In this document: one piece after another, positions 15,506-61,898 of the stretch
Numbering within the stretch: position 1 is the stretch's first letter
Layout of the letters: each line of letters starts with the position of its first letter
Source: Paraspadella gotoi
Taxonomy: Eukaryota > Animalia > Chaetognatha
NCBI GenBank assembly: GCA_051294375.1
Contig: CM119270.1
Location: 13,611,833-13,675,832 of the forward strand
Direction: 5' to 3'
DNA length: 64,000 nucleotides
The notes under the pieces: generated by a model
What the model was told of the DNA's origin: nothing
Databases searched by the model: none
Seen by the model: only the letters and a program-made list of their open reading frames with translations
Translations under genes and position numbers: made by a program

Positions 15506-16808
15506 CACGTCGTCTCGTTATTCCTGGCAAGCGTCCTGGACGCCGGAAACTTAACCTCCGTAGCAAGGGCTATTGGAACGGACAAAAGAGAAGGGGATTT
15601 TACGGAGCCACGGAACCTTGAAAGAGTCAAAGATAGAACATTTTTTATTAAATTACTGCCCGCTTTTCTACTTTTTTAGAGACCTGATTAAGAGACTTGC
15701 CTTCGAAATTTTGTTTTCCTTTTGGCTAAGATTAATGACTTCTCGCAGAAAAATCTGCGAAAATTTCGCTTATGGTTCTTGTCTTAGGATGACCTGCAGC
15801 GATTTCGAGTTTTACTCAAAAAAGTCAAAAGGTAAGGTTCATTAACTAAGTCAGAAACGGCGACGGGTTATTGCATTAGTCGCAGACCTTGCAAGTTGCA
15901 ATCTCAGGTCGGGGAAGGCGACATCTAACATTATCATTGAAAACCAACCACTGCTGAATCTTTTGTTTAATTTTACGTATGCGTATGCCGTATGCAAACG
16001 GGTTTATGTAGAACAAGTAGCGATATTAAGAAGAGATCTATATTCCTAATACGTATCTCATCAATTGATAAATAAGTTTAATATATAGCTATAACTCCTC
16101 AGGAAATAAATATTTATCTACCTTTCTACGAGGATATCTTCAAAAAGCATTAATCGGTTTACCCACATCAATTGGGTATTTCATAATTTATTCTTAAAAG
16201 TTTACACTATCGTCATTTTCACGTAACAAAACAGTAAAACATCACTTAATACGATTCAGTTGGCGAATGCTTCTAGTTACAAAATAACTAAAATAAATAA
16301 AATGAATTTCGCGTCTTCGTTTGTCGTCGTCATAACACAAGACCTTTCGGAGACAACACACCAGCTCAAAAATAATTCGTCCCAAATATTATTGGCGTAA
16401 AATGAGTAATTTAATAATGTGCATGTTTTTTAAAAGTCCGGTATGAGAAAGAGAAAAAATCGGGTCAAGGGTTTAGATTTTACAGTTTTACATAAACAGA
16501 GCAGGCGATACAACCGAAAAACCATTCAGATTACTAAATACTTTATAGTAATCGGACCCAATTATTCAATTACCTGCACTTTACCAATCGGATCGAAAAA
16601 AAACATATTTAAAACTTAAAAAAAAAAAAAAAACGAAAATCATAATTTTTTTTCGTAGGTAAAATTTAATCATTAGAATAAATTGTTTAAATAACACTAA
16701 AAAGTTAGTTTGCGTTTTGGGATAAGATTATTAAAATAATTTTGACTTTTCAGGGAATAAATTAACATTAAAACCTAATTCATCCGAAATTCCAAAACCT
16801 TTAATGGA

Positions 16809-19800
16809 TTATTGGTGCTGCGAATTATTAAACCCCCAAACGTGCTTGGACATCGATTGCTGATGAGCTTCTTCACTAGCCTGTTGCATTTGCTGCAAAG
16901 CAATGTGTTTCTCCTGTTCCATTATCATGGCTTCATTCGTCATATGTTGATGAGAAGGATCTAATGGGTCTTGAGGGTCCATAACATTTGGTTCCGGTCT
17001 CCAAATATTTCTCAGGCCATCGAATGGGCTAAACAGTCCAACCGAAGATGCATTTTCTGGCATAACCGGTTGCGGTTGTAAAGGGCCTCCGTTGGCGGCG
17101 TGCTCGTTATTGCCACCTCCCGCCATAAATCCATCGGGTCCCTCGAACCAAGGAGAATTGGTAGATGTGCCAACAGGTGACCAAATGGCACTCGCTCCCC
17201 CTGGGGACCAGATCGAATTATCGTATTCTTTGGATAGATTGCGTGGCCACTGATTGTCGGCGTCCATTCCCGGTTCCCACAAGGGTTCCTGATCGATTCG
17301 ATGATTCATCATTCCGCCAAATCCGGGCCAATTCTCGTCGACGAGACGACGCTCGTGGTATTCCTTCCGTTCGGCTCTGCGCTGCATCTGCATGCGTTGC
17401 AATAGATTGTAAGATAAATCGGATGTATTTATCGGTGCCTGCTGCTTGGTAATTCCCGACGGCAAACTCAGATCTGACATTCCTTGATTCGAAAGCAAAT
17501 TAGGTGGTTGCTGTTGGCTCGACTTCAGCATCTGTTGCTGAATATACGCTGCAGCGAGTTGGGGAGGCAATCCACCGCCATTGCTGCATGCTAAAGATGT
17601 TTCAGATAAAATGTGCAACGGTGGTGGATGATTGAACATTGCCGGGGGCATGTCAGAATAGGACGAAGTTGGTGTATTCATATTGCTCATTAAATTCAAA
17701 TTCGGATATGAAGAACCGACAATGGATGTCGCGGGATTCGGCGGCGGCGTCGTGGCAAGTTTACTAAAATCGGGAATCTGTGATGTGCCTTGAGATAAAT
17801 TATTCGGCAGCAGATCTTTCGCTAATCCTATCGATGCGAGATAATGTTGTGAAGGATTCATTTCGTTGACGTAATTGCTGGAAGGACTAACATTATCGTG
17901 CGAATGCGTGTAATTCATAGGATGTGCAGGAGAAAAGCTGCTAACCTGGGGAGTTTCGTCGTTCATCTGCGACGACAACGACGCTAAATTTTTAATACTT
18001 TCTATCATTTTGGAATCGAGAGAGTTGTTGGGTATTAGATTGATTGACTCTACTGTTGCGGAAACGTGAGATTCAGAGCTCGACCTCGGATCCGAGGTCT
18101 GAACCGAACTGGACGAAGAGCTGGAACTGTGAATACTTGTTGCGGTAACGGGGCTTAAATCTGAGTTGAAATTCGAATCGGTTTTGTCGGCTTCGATCGG
18201 ATCGTCGTCGCCCGAGTCCTTCGATGATCTCGTCGAAGAAGTTTCGTGCGAGAAATCTGGTGGAGGCGGAGAGGATGTAACGGAAGATGGTTTTTGATCC
18301 TTGGTTCGAGAGATGGTCACTGTCGTCATGGTCGAGAAAATGTCCTCTTTTTCCGGTTCTTCCATTTTAAACTCTTTCTCCATCAAAGGATTCGCTTTGG
18401 GTTTTATCTCATTAATCTCAATGCTCTTTTTCTTTTCTACCAACGGTTTATTAATCGACGGTTTTTGTAAATTATTAATGATATTATTAAGTTTAGGTTT
18501 ATTTTTCTGCTTTTTGTTCCTATAATCGACGCATGTATTTTGGACCATCTTATCTTCGAAGATTTCAGTGGAGGAACTTCGACTCGAAGCCGAGCTCGTT
18601 TCGAACGCATCGTTTTGCTCCGACTTTTCGGATAATTTTCTCACCCTCTCTTCTTCAACTATTGGAGCGGGCTTTATATCCTCGGAAGTACTGCCGGATT
18701 TGGTTAATTTTTTAGCTTTCTTATTTTGTTCTTTCTTATCGTTAGATTTGTTATAACTAGAACATTTTGCACTTTGATTGCTTGAATTTTCACTGGGTGT
18801 TAATTTCTTGTTTCCAGCAGATCCCTGAATCTCCGAATCCAAAGACGAGACTTCGTTGGAATTTTTGAGAGGGTGATTCGTATTCTGCTTAGTCATTTTT
18901 AGTGTATTATTATTCTTTTTAACATTAGATATATTTTTGATAGAATTAGACTCCTCTTTCTTTTTCTTGTTCGATTCTGACGTTTCATTGACATTCTTTG
19001 ACTTTCCCTCTGATATTTTTCCATCGGACGAAACACGGCCATTGCTAATGGACTTGAAATCAAATACTCCCCTCGAGCCATTTTGGGCTTCAGAGTGGTT
19101 ACAGCCAGCCGAATTATTATTTGCCGAGTACTTGGCCCCAACCGCCGCCTGTAACGCCTGTTGTCGCCTGAGAGTATCCATGGCTAAGATTCTATCTCCT
19201 TCAAAGTATGAAGCAACAATAACGCAAAAAAAGAGAAGCAGCATCAAAGAAATTGCACTGTAGTAAATTACCGGTTCCCAGTACGGCCTTTGAAGAACCT
19301 TGGCGCATTTTGCCAGAAACTTTGGAGGAACCGTGACGGTTACCGTGTAGTTTAGGAACCCGAGCGTCGTCTTTAGCGAAAATACGCGGGAGATGTGCGA
19401 CAGCGTGAAGTCGGGAGTGAATGCGATATCAATCGTTCTGCTTCCATTGGACGGTAGCGAAAAGCTCATGCAATCGAGCACGCGAAAATTATAACCCTCG
19501 CAATCTAACCCGTTAAAACTATATCCTAAAATGTAGACTGGAATGGGTCCCGTGTTACGAAGATACAACGTTTTTCTGACGGAAAAATTCGGTGGCAAGC
19601 CGAACTTTGACTGGGGTGTCTCGCAATTTTTTAAATGAAACTCGGTCAGGTCGAAGCGGATGGAGGATTTGTTGCCCGGCCTGAGCTGCAGCTCGCCCCT
19701 CGCCCCCTCTCCCTTAAGAAGAACGGCCTCGACGATGGTCAGGTTGTTGCGAATCACGAGGACCGAGGCCTTTTTGGTGTCGTCCTTCGGGGAGAATTTG

Positions 19801-21623
19801 ACCCACAGTCGGAACTTCTCGCCCGGATCGAGGACGAGCGCGACGGTCTTGTTGTGGGGTTTGATGCCGAACTCTTCCTCCAAGTGTCGCCGGCGAGGGG
19901 CGGTGCTTTGATCTTTCAAACTGAAGACCTCAACGTCGTCGAGCTCGAGGTTTTCCAAATCCCCAGCGAACATCTTCTCCGACAGCATGTTCCTCATGGC
20001 GAGAGGATTAGGGTATTGCGACAGCATTAACACTTGGACGAGAACAGGAGAGTCACCCGAGTTTTCCAGGTACAGGTCCTTTGACGAGACGTTGCCTACC
20101 TGCGTCAGGTGGAAATCCACCACCCGGGTCTTGGCCAATTCCGGCCAGTTGAGACGCGCCTGTACCGGATAGAAAAACCCCTTGACTTGGGAAGTGTCCA
20201 GTTTGATAGTCACGTTGACCAGATGGCGACCCTGGGCGCGAATGTTTTCCCAACGCTTTAAAAATTGCTGGTAGAGAAACTGATCCGAATTTATTAAGTC
20301 CGAAGGAAGACTCATTCCGACTAGCCAGGGTTGACCATCGGAGGCTTTGGACGCCATGGGCAGCCCGACGAAGCAATCGTCCCGCGGGGAGCAGGCCTTG
20401 GAGGCGTCGAAAACGATTCGCCCCACCGTCGTCCGCCGCTTCGGCTCGAGCAGCATTCCCTCGGAAGAGAGAAAGTTTTCCACGTAGAATCGAGTATCGT
20501 TGGGATGAAAGGTGAGCGACGTGACTTTCATCGGCCGATCGAAGGAGCTGTTGATACTAAACGTCTGGAAACCTCGTTTCCCTGGGTAGACCGGGTCGAA
20601 GATTACACGCTCCGGCTGCGCGGACAACGACCCGTCCGCCGTTTGGAAGACCAGCCGGAGTCGGATTGTCTCGAAGGCGGTGACGAGCTCGACGAGGCGT
20701 TCGTGGGATCCTTGACGCGAAGGCGCTGTCAGAGTCACTTGCAGAATGTTCGACTTGTGGGAGTTGACGACAAGCACAGGACGTTCGCGATCGGAGGCGT
20801 CGGCAGCAGCTTTGAAACGAGACTCGGGATCGGAAGCAGAAACGCCGCCGCCGCCGCCGCCGCCGAATCCGGACTCTGCCGCTCCGTCCATCGGCAACAG
20901 CTCGACAACCGTGTCGCTCGGCGAAGAGGACGAAAGGTTGGAGACTTCGATGTGGATGGGATTCGCGTTGGTGACGATGAATTGGGAACGGTGCTTCTCT
21001 CCGACGCCGAGGGTGCCGAGATCCACCACACCGTCCGCCGAGGCGAAACTACCGTAATTCTTCACGGAGAGTCGGCCGTCGTAGACGAGCAGGGGCACGT
21101 CGAAAACGGAGATGTTCGTGTAGACCTGGACGAATGACTTGAAGCCGCCGTCGACGAGGGACTTGGCAGGAGCGAATCGTAGGGCGAAAGGCTTCACTCT
21201 CGTTTGAGCTGAGATGAACACCGGTGGTGAAAAGTCAACGACGCGAAAGTGAGGCTTGAGCGCCGAAGACAGGGAGACATTGTGGATGACGACCGAGAAA
21301 TTGAAGCCGTTTGTCAACGGAATCCGTCGGGTCGAGTTGATAGAGGCGGCGTTGTCGTCAGCGGAAGAACCGACGAAAAATCTGGGGGAGTGAACAGTTC
21401 TTGCTGGTAACGCAAAAATGAAGTGAAATTGAAAGATAAAAAAGAAAGGGAAAGAGAAGAAGGTAATAAACAGAAAAAGATAAAGAAAAAGATAAAGAAA
21501 GAGAGAAAGAAAGAGAGAAAGAAAGAGAGAAAGAAAGAGAGAGAGAAAGAAAGAGAGAAGAGAGAGAGAGAAAGAAAGAGAAAGAAAGAAAGAAAAGAAA
21601 GAAAGAAAGAAAGAAAGAAAGAA

Positions 21624-21679
<56 letters not shown>

Positions 21680-23631
21680 AAAAAAAAAGAAAGAAAGAGA
21701 AAGAAGAAAGAAAGAAAAGAAAAGAAAAGAAAAGAAAAGAAAAGAAGAAAGAAGCAAGCCAGCCTCACCGCGTCGCGTTTTCATCGTAGATAAGGCTTCC
21801 ATGTAGCACTCTCGCCGTGTAAGGGATGGAGAAGCGAGGATGCCCCGATTTTGTCTTGACGAGCACACGACCGGAAGTTTGCTCTCGTTGGAGGGCGCGA
21901 GAGGCGCTGAAGGTAATTGTGGCAACGCCCACAAACTTGCTTCCATTTCCGGGAAGACGCAAAGGTTTGAAATCGACCCGGACGGCATCGTTTGGCTCCT
22001 CCAACACCACGTCCGCAACCTGCACCGCCTTAGGCCCCGTGTTGATCAACGTGAGGTGCAGGGATATCGGATGGTCGAAGGTCCTCAAGGAGCCGAAGTC
22101 GAGGACGTCCTGTTCGGAAAAGAGGCCCGGCGCTTTGCTCACTTCTACCTCCACCGGCAGCGCGACAGAGTGGGTGGAAGAGTCGAGGCTCGTCTTGATT
22201 CGGATGTAACTGTAGAAAAAGGGCGAAGGAAATGAAATCATACGTCAAGAACAATTTTTTCGTAAGGTATCAAAAATAACAAAAATCCTCTAGATCCCTG
22301 ATACCGTTAAGGCCACTAACAAAAATTTTTACCCAGTAAAGTTGGTCTCCATCCTCCCCAAAAACGTGGCCCTCATGACCGCCTTTGTCTGAAAGGGCGG
22401 GATCTCCCAAACCGCCAGCGTCGCCGAGTCTTCGCCGTCGGGAAGCTCCAGGTGCAGGTCTCCGCCGGAGGTGAATATCGCCAGCAATCGCAGCACCTCC
22501 GCGTGGGGGTTGTGCATGTTGATCATCGGCGAAAATGTAAAGTTAAGCGGGACACGCGCCCCCAGGTAGGGCCGCAGCCGGTACGGATTAAGAGTTCCCC
22601 TGCCGCGCACCCGGTAGGCGATCGGCTTAACGCGCATTGCCGCGTGAATGTAGAGCGTGTTGTCGATGTCGCCCTCGTCGCGCGGAAGGAAGACCACGTC
22701 GAAGGTGGTGTTCCGCTGGGCCTCCACCGTCTTGTCCGCGAAGAAGGAGCAGTGGAGGTTGGGGGTATTGCCACTGATGGAGAGGAGGGTCAGGGGTTGC
22801 CTCGGGTCAGGGTTGTGGACGACGACCTGCTGCGTCCGGAGCATGCCGATAGGTTGATCGCCGAAGTCGAGCACGGAGGGATAGAAGCGGGGAGCGAAGG
22901 GGGGGTCGATGTCCTTCCTGGAAGTGGGGACAGGAAGATGTTGGAAAAAACTTCATTAAATTGTCTAATTACTATATTAATGACTAATGACTATAATAAT
23001 GACTTGTATTTGTATATGTATTTATAAAGTGTGGTTACTATTTTTTGGGGTTTTTTTTACGTTTTTCAGCAAAAAAAATATATGAAATTGGTACAACCAA
23101 TATAAAAATTATCCATTCATTTAATAAATAAGCTATCTTGCCCCTGACTTTGGACAGGCTTTGGTGGTTTAAGGCCTCCATCACTCTTACAAGATAATGA
23201 CATAGCAGGTCCCTGCAAGCTTTCAATCAAGACTCTCTCACAGTCTCGTTTATTCACTCCCAGAGTACCTGGCTTCCCTATCAATGAAGTGGAAAATATT
23301 TTTGAAGTTCATTAACAGGGATCTAAGTATAAGGTAAAAACACAAAATTCATATTCAAGATTCATTAAAGATTCATCCATTAGAGAGCTGACCTGAAATA
23401 AATGGGTCCGATTCCTTCGGCAGGGTCGTCGTCCTCGGAGATTGGCTCGATGTTGATCTCGGCGAACCCGTCGGCTGAAATGTCGTGAATGATCCCGTCC
23501 ACGTAGTGGAGCTCCTTGTCGGTCTGGATGAAGGCCTGGCCGTGCGCCGCCGACGTCGACGAGAACATCCCACTCTGGTGAAGGAGTTGAAGAAAGAGGG
23601 CCAACCCACGAATTCCGAATTGTCCGGCCAT
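16809..23631 (-). CDS. TMEM131: Transmembrane protein 131 (RW1); exons 23631-23393, 22917-22333, 22209-21769, 21381-16809
   Basis: Signal-peptide-like N-terminus then QAFIQT; FYPSVLDFGDQP..FDVVFLPR..NPYRLRP..MHNPH..DLHLELP..WEIPPFQTK; Ig/PapD-like repeats; RNNLT, FTPDFTLS, TM helix (YYSAISLMLLLFFCVIVASYFE), K/S-rich tail. All three introns GT-AG, phase 2, joining in frame. Confidence 0.95.
21440..21755. repeat. (AAAG)n/(AG)n microsatellite filling TMEM131 intron 3
   Basis: About 300 bp of almost pure purine repeats on +. Confidence 0.92.
23080..23301 (-). repeat. Dispersed ~222-bp repeat, copy 1 (TMEM131 intron 1)
   Basis: Reverse complement of 60753-60974 with only a few substitutions. Confidence 0.9.
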
Positions 23632-26298
23632 CGCGACTCTGCAGTCTTTCTCTGGTGTCTTTTTAGCGCGTCGAGTCTCTTATTGCGCGCGCGCGTGTTA
23701 ATTCGCGAGGCGATTCCGCGACGAGATCGTGTCCTGAGTGAAAACGGCATAGGATGGCATAAAATTGAAATCAAGTTTAAAATAAAAATAATTAGTCACA
23801 TAGGTAAATTTGTTTTGAGTGTATTAGATTTTAGATTTGAATAAATCGTGTCATCCATGACGAAACATGACGAAATAAATGGCTACTAAAGTCTACATCT
23901 ATGGCAAAACAGTTAAAAATTCGTAATCAAAATGTAATCGGCGAAAAACAATATTGCTAAATGTTCTTAAACGCCGTCCGTTTACAAAGAGCAGCAGCAC
24001 TTCATTGCACGAGTAACGAATAAATTGACGCAAGCACTGATCAGTGATCGAAGGATAGTTAAGATACACAATGGTGAATATAACAGCTAAACTCCGTTTC
24101 AATTTCACGGGTTACGAAAATACTGTTGAATTTTCCAAACAACTTTTTTTTTCAAAACAATACGATAAATACGAATGTTCCATTTGAATTCGAAGGCACA
24201 AAAATGTAATAATTCGCCCTCGGCTTGGCCCTCCTCCGCCCGGGACTCGGCGCATTTGGCTGAGGAGGACCCGTCTGGACACGCGAGGCTCCACATCCCG
24301 AGCTGGATGTGGATCTGGAAATGGACTGAACTGAACTGGAATGGTGGTTGTGAAGTGGAGATGAAGATCGTGGTGAGCGACATGTTTCGCCCGACGAGGA
24401 TTTCAAAGACAAAACGCGACAAAAGAACATCGCCGCTTTAAACATGAATACATTTTTGAATATTATTCACTGAGTACATCTGTACTAAAAAAAAAATATT
24501 AAAACTAACTTTTTTAAAATTAATTAATAATCCGAATTAAAATGATAATTTCTCAAGATTTTTTTTCTCCCTCTCTACATTGCTCATAAAAAATCCTTTA
24601 ATGATTGATTGATTGGTTTTGGGTTGTCAAATTTGTTTTTGGTTTTATTAAATAGTATATATCTATAAATTCATTTATTTCATATATTGGTATTTTTCGT
24701 AAAGTTCTTTTTTTAGCTTATTTCAAATAAGCGAATCTTCATTCGCTATGTCCATACTATTTAATACTAAATATTACATATAATAATATAATAAAACGGT
24801 TTGGTACAGTCTTTTTTTATTTCAAAATCATCACGAACAATGGATTATATTAAAAGCAAGATTAATGTACAAAAACAACACAAAAAAATAACGCCAAATC
24901 ATCAAAAAAATGTTATCATATATTAAAAATAGCATGCATTCATTATTTATTTATTTTTTTTTTTAGAACTGGTAGGTTTCTAACGGTTTGTATTATTGAA
25001 GATATTTTCTACTTTGACTGATTTGCTTTTCAGGAGTTTTCAAAGAAATTTGAAAGTAGGGGGTTTGGGGTCGAACAAAATCAATTGTAAGTTTTTCTTT
25101 GAGCTAAAAAGCGAGGATAAGTTCCTGAGTCTACGTTTAAGAGCGCCGAAGATTTTTTAAAGCAAATAATTTTAAACAATTTTAAATAATTTTGATATTC
25201 CATCTCAATGAGTTGCATCTCAGTTTAAATATTCAATGTCTCTGGAGTAAAGTTGGTAGGACATACGAAAGCATTGAATAGTGAGTATATCTAATATTGT
25301 GCAATGTGCACAGGTACTGTTCATTCATATTCAAAGAATTGCAACATTCTTACATTTGCGATCCCGAAACAATATGATAGGGAATCAGAAATTATACTAA
25401 AGTCTTTGTTAGTGCAAGTTAGAATTTTTAGGTGTATTTTTAGAAGTTTAATGGAAATTTAATTTTTTTGAATTCTGGATTTACCAATTTTTTCGAGTTA
25501 AAAATTTTATTTGTTTTTTGAAATAAGTTTTTGATGAGAGATAAGAAAGTAACGAATAGTTAATTTTAAAATTAAAAAGGTGGTGAGGAAATAAGCAAAA
25601 AGCATTATTCTATAACAAGGTATGGTGCATAGGACGGATAAAGGTGAATATGAGACATATATGGTAAGGTGAATTTTAATCTTTTTTTAATCTTTTAAAA
25701 AAGGGGCAGTTGAGAAATTTAGGCAAGATATGGCGGATATTGAAAAATTTAAAAAGGAAATTTAAAATTGTTTTTTCTTGAATTTTGTAAAAATAATATG
25801 ATAGGTTTAACCGCATGAAACTGATTGAGATGGAATTTAAACTTTATGGGGAATTCTAAATTACTGCAAGTATTCATAGTGCAATCAGTGTTTTTTTTTG
25901 TCTGTGTTACAGGCATAAGCATCTTGTGATGCATTATTGTTAAACTAAGAAATAATTACACGTAAGATAAATTTTACACCCAATTTCAAGGTTTTCTTGC
26001 AATCAAAATTATAAAACCTGATATAATAATTTTTTTAAAAAGCTTAATTCGTTTACGACATTAAACATCAAATTTAAGATTTGGCTTTGTATCTGATTAC
26101 AAATAAATCTATCTAACAAATTTTACAAGTACTAAAAAAGTTGTAAAATACAATTTTTGAGAATAATCATTTCCTATTTCCATAAGAATAAAAAAATTGT
26201 AATTTTGACGTACAAAAAAAAAAACATTATAAAGAACAGATGAAAAATGAATATAAAAAACCGACAAATTTTTTTGGGGGAGGCGGAAAATAAATACA

Positions 26299-58443
<32,145 letters not shown>

Positions 58444-58509
58444 CTGGGGAGAAGGTGAGGTGCGACGTGAAAAATTAGGATAAAATTGATGACTTGGAAT
58501 GGTGAGTGT

Positions 58510-59115
58510 GGTATTCTCCCACACGGGATTCCTCCCACTGGATTCCTCCCCATGGAATTCCTCCCACCGGGATTCCTCCCCAGGGATTCCTCCCACATGG
58601 AGTCCTCCCACCATCGGGTTCTCCTCACGACGGGATTCCTCCCACACGGATTCTCCCACAAAGGAATTCCTCCACACGGGCCCCATGCCTCATAGATTCC
58701 TTCCCCACACGGATTTCCTCCCACGATTTCGGGGATCCTCCCAAGGAATTCCTCCCATGCGGGATTCCTCCCACACGGGATCCTCCCACGCGGGATTCCT
58801 CCCACCGGGATTTCCTCCCACGGGATTCCTCCCACGACGGATCCTCCCCACGGCCCACGGGTATTATACACCTACACAACCCACACGCGATTCCTCCCAC
58901 GCGGGATTCCTCCCACACGGGATTCCTCCCATGCGCTATTACCCACCACGGGACTTCCTCCCACACGGGATTCCTCCCACACGCTGGGATTCTCCCACAC
59001 GGGCATTTTCCCCTTCCTCCACACAAGCGTTCTCCAACACGGGATTCCTCCCACACGCGATTCCTCCCACACGGGATTCCTCCCAACACGCGATTCCCTC
59101 ACCGGGATTCCTCCC
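58510..59115 (+). repeat. Minisatellite, ~16-bp unit GGGATTCCTCCCACAC
   Basis: Dozens of degenerate tandem units. Confidence 0.93.
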
Positions 59116-59362
59116 CTTAAAATTCGTGACTTAACTCTTCTTGTTGCACTCGTTTCTTGTTTCAACGGAAAAAATTGACTTCATCTAAAATAAATTTTGT
59201 GTGTGCGGTACAAAGTATGTGAACTAAACTGAATCATACAATTTTGATGTAATCGTAGTTGTGAAAAGAGTTCAAATTAGAAAACCACAAAGACCACATT
59301 TATTTGAATTTTTAAAAGGTTTATCTCTCATCTATCTCCTCTCTGATTTGATTGATGATTGA

Positions 59363-59562
59363 TTGACCAAATTTTATGCCAATTTTGACAAAAATTATGC
59401 CAGTTGACCAAATTCTCTGCAGTTAACCAAATTATGCCAGGTTGACCAAATTAGCCTTGTTGACACCAAATTATGCAGTTTACCAAATTTTTGTCAGTGA
59501 CCAAAGTATGCCAGTTGACCAAATAATGCAAGTTTGATTAAATTATGCAAGTTGACCAAGTT
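59363..59562 (+). repeat. Minisatellite, ~18-bp unit TTGACCAAATTATGCCAG
   Basis: About ten degenerate tandem units. Confidence 0.85.
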
Positions 59563-59639
59563 AGCTTATTACCACTTAATTATCGTAGGCAGATCCGACA
59601 TTGTTTGCTCAAACTTGTTTTTTTTTTATTTGGACGTTG

Positions 59640-60295
59640 GAGAAATCCCGCGTGGGAGGAGAATCCTGTGTGAGAGGATCCCGGGTGGGAGGATCCGGTG
59701 GGGGAATCCCGCGTGGGAGGAATCCCGTGTGGAGGAATACCGCGTGGGAGGAATCGCGCCGCCATGGAGGCACTCCGTGTGGGAGGAATCCCGCGTGGGA
59801 GGAATCCCGCGCTCGTGCCTGGGAGGAATCCCGCTGCGGAAGAATCCCGTGGTGGGAGAGGAAATCCCGCGTGGAAGGAATCCCAGTGTGGGAGGAATTC
59901 CCGCGTGGGAGGAATTCTCCGCGTGGGAGGAATTCCGTGTGTGGGAGGACATCTCGCTGTGGAGGAAATTCTCGTGTGGGAGGAATCCGTATGGGAGGAA
60001 TCCCGCATGGGAGGAATCCCGTGTGGGAGGATTCCCGCGCGTGGGCACGAGGAATCCTGCTGGGAGGAATTCCATGGGGAGGATTCTGTTTCTGGGAGGA
60101 AACCCGTGGTGGGAGGATCCCGCGTGGAGGATTCCTTTGGGAGGGAATTCCCTGTGGGAGGACATTCCTTTGGGAGGAATCCCGTGTAGGGAGCAATTCC
60201 ATTGGGAGGAATCCCTTGGGAGAATCCCGTGTGGGAGGAAAACCCGTGTGGGAGGAATCCCGCGTGGGAGGAATCCTGTTGGGAGGAATCCCAAT
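59640..60295 (-). repeat. Same 16-bp minisatellite in inverted orientation (GTGGGAGGAATCCCGC on +)
   Basis: Reverse complement of the unit at 58510-59115. Confidence 0.93.
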
Positions 60296-60752
60296 GGAAC
60301 CAAATAATTAATTGACACCATCTCATATAGTATTTTGTTGCAAAACAAGAAATACATTCTTTTAATTTGAAGTTTTAAACGATAAAAAGCTAAAAAAAAA
60401 CTTCAAAGCAATATATAGAACAAAATCCTAAAAATAGAAATTGCCATTTCATTGGAGCAAAAATCCATATAAAGCGAGATATTTTTTTGTTTTTATTTCG
60501 AAATGTAAAAGATCGAAGAAAAAAACCAATTAACTTTAAAAAAAAAAAACATGAACTCGGTTCCCTATCGACATGACCATGATTTCAAAATTCGTCAAAT
60601 TTCTAAATAAAAAAAAAAATTAGTCGCACGCGATGAAAAGCTGACGCTTTAATTCTCGAGTATCGAATCTTCCCGTTCGAGGGGAAAACTCGAATTCCGA
60701 TGAAACGTGTCAAAAAAATACTTTCATTTTCATACAATTGAAACATTCTTTG

Positions 60753-60974
60753 AAATATTTTCCACTTCATTGATAGGGAAGCCAGGTACTCTGGGAGTGA
60801 ATAAACGGGACTGTGAGAGAGTCTTGTTTGAAAGCTTGCAGGGACCTGCTATGTCATTATCTTGTAAGAGTGATGGAGGCCTTAAACCACCAAAGCCTGT
60901 CCAAAGTCAGGGGCAAGATAGCTTATTTATTAAATGAATGGATAATTTTTATATTGGTTGTACCAATTTCATAT
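60753..60974 (+). repeat. Dispersed ~222-bp repeat, copy 2
   Basis: Matches 23080-23301 in reverse complement. Confidence 0.9.
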
Positions 60975-61795
60975 CAATATACCAGAGAACAAATTAATTG
61001 GCGACGATTATCATTAAAGGACTCGGCTGAGAAAGGGGGAAAGGGTTTTTTTTTTTTTTCTTCATTTAAGGAGATCTCTCAAGTCGTTTAACGATTAGTT
61101 TTGTTTTGATCAGCATCATCATCGTCTTCGCCCATTTTCATCACTCAAGGAAACTCATCCTATATGGTTATCGCATCATTATCACCTAAACGAGCGTCTG
61201 AGGGGAAAGGGGGGGGGGGAGAGAAGGAAAGAGCACCCGAGCCCGAGCCTCACTCACTTTTTTTTTGTGATGTCTGGTGTCGTCGTTAACGAATCATCTT
61301 TTTAGTTTTCTTCATCGTCGGTGATGTAGTTTCGTGTTCACGTCGTGAATTCATGGTGAATTCGTTGTCGAATTCATGGTGATTTCAGGACGACTTCATG
61401 TTGAATTCATGGTGATATCATAGTGAATTCATGGTGCAATACGTTGACAAAGAAAAACCGAAAAGGGGTGTTTATATTTGAGTTCGAGTATATCATACAT
61501 TTTGGGAGCGTAACATAGTTTTTTGGGTTGTTTTTTTTTTTTCGTTTTTTTTTTGGTTTGACTATTAACTTAAAAAGAGTTGTGAAGTTAAGGTTTAAAA
61601 AAAACGTTTAGATATTCTAGGAGGCATTTTTATTTATTCTCTTTAAGTGAAGGATGGGCGTTATGCACGGGAGGAAGAGGGACGAGGAAGAGGAGGAGGA
61701 GGAGGAAAATGGAGGAAGCCTAGGAGGAAAGAAAGAAGAAAAAGGGAAGAAGAGAGAGCGCGAGAAGCTCGTGAAGGAACCTGGAGTCTGGAGAA

Positions 61796-61898
<103 letters not shown>

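Noticed and set aside
21314-22018. Phe/Ser/Leu-rich and Lys/Glu/Arg-rich ORFs (also 13505-14121, 14493-14750, 61647-61982)
   Set aside because: Translations of AAAG/AG microsatellites in introns or intergenic DNA.
19635-23027. Plus-strand ORFs up to 268 aa overlapping TMEM131
   Set aside because: Antisense shadows of GC-rich coding exons with no recognisable domains.
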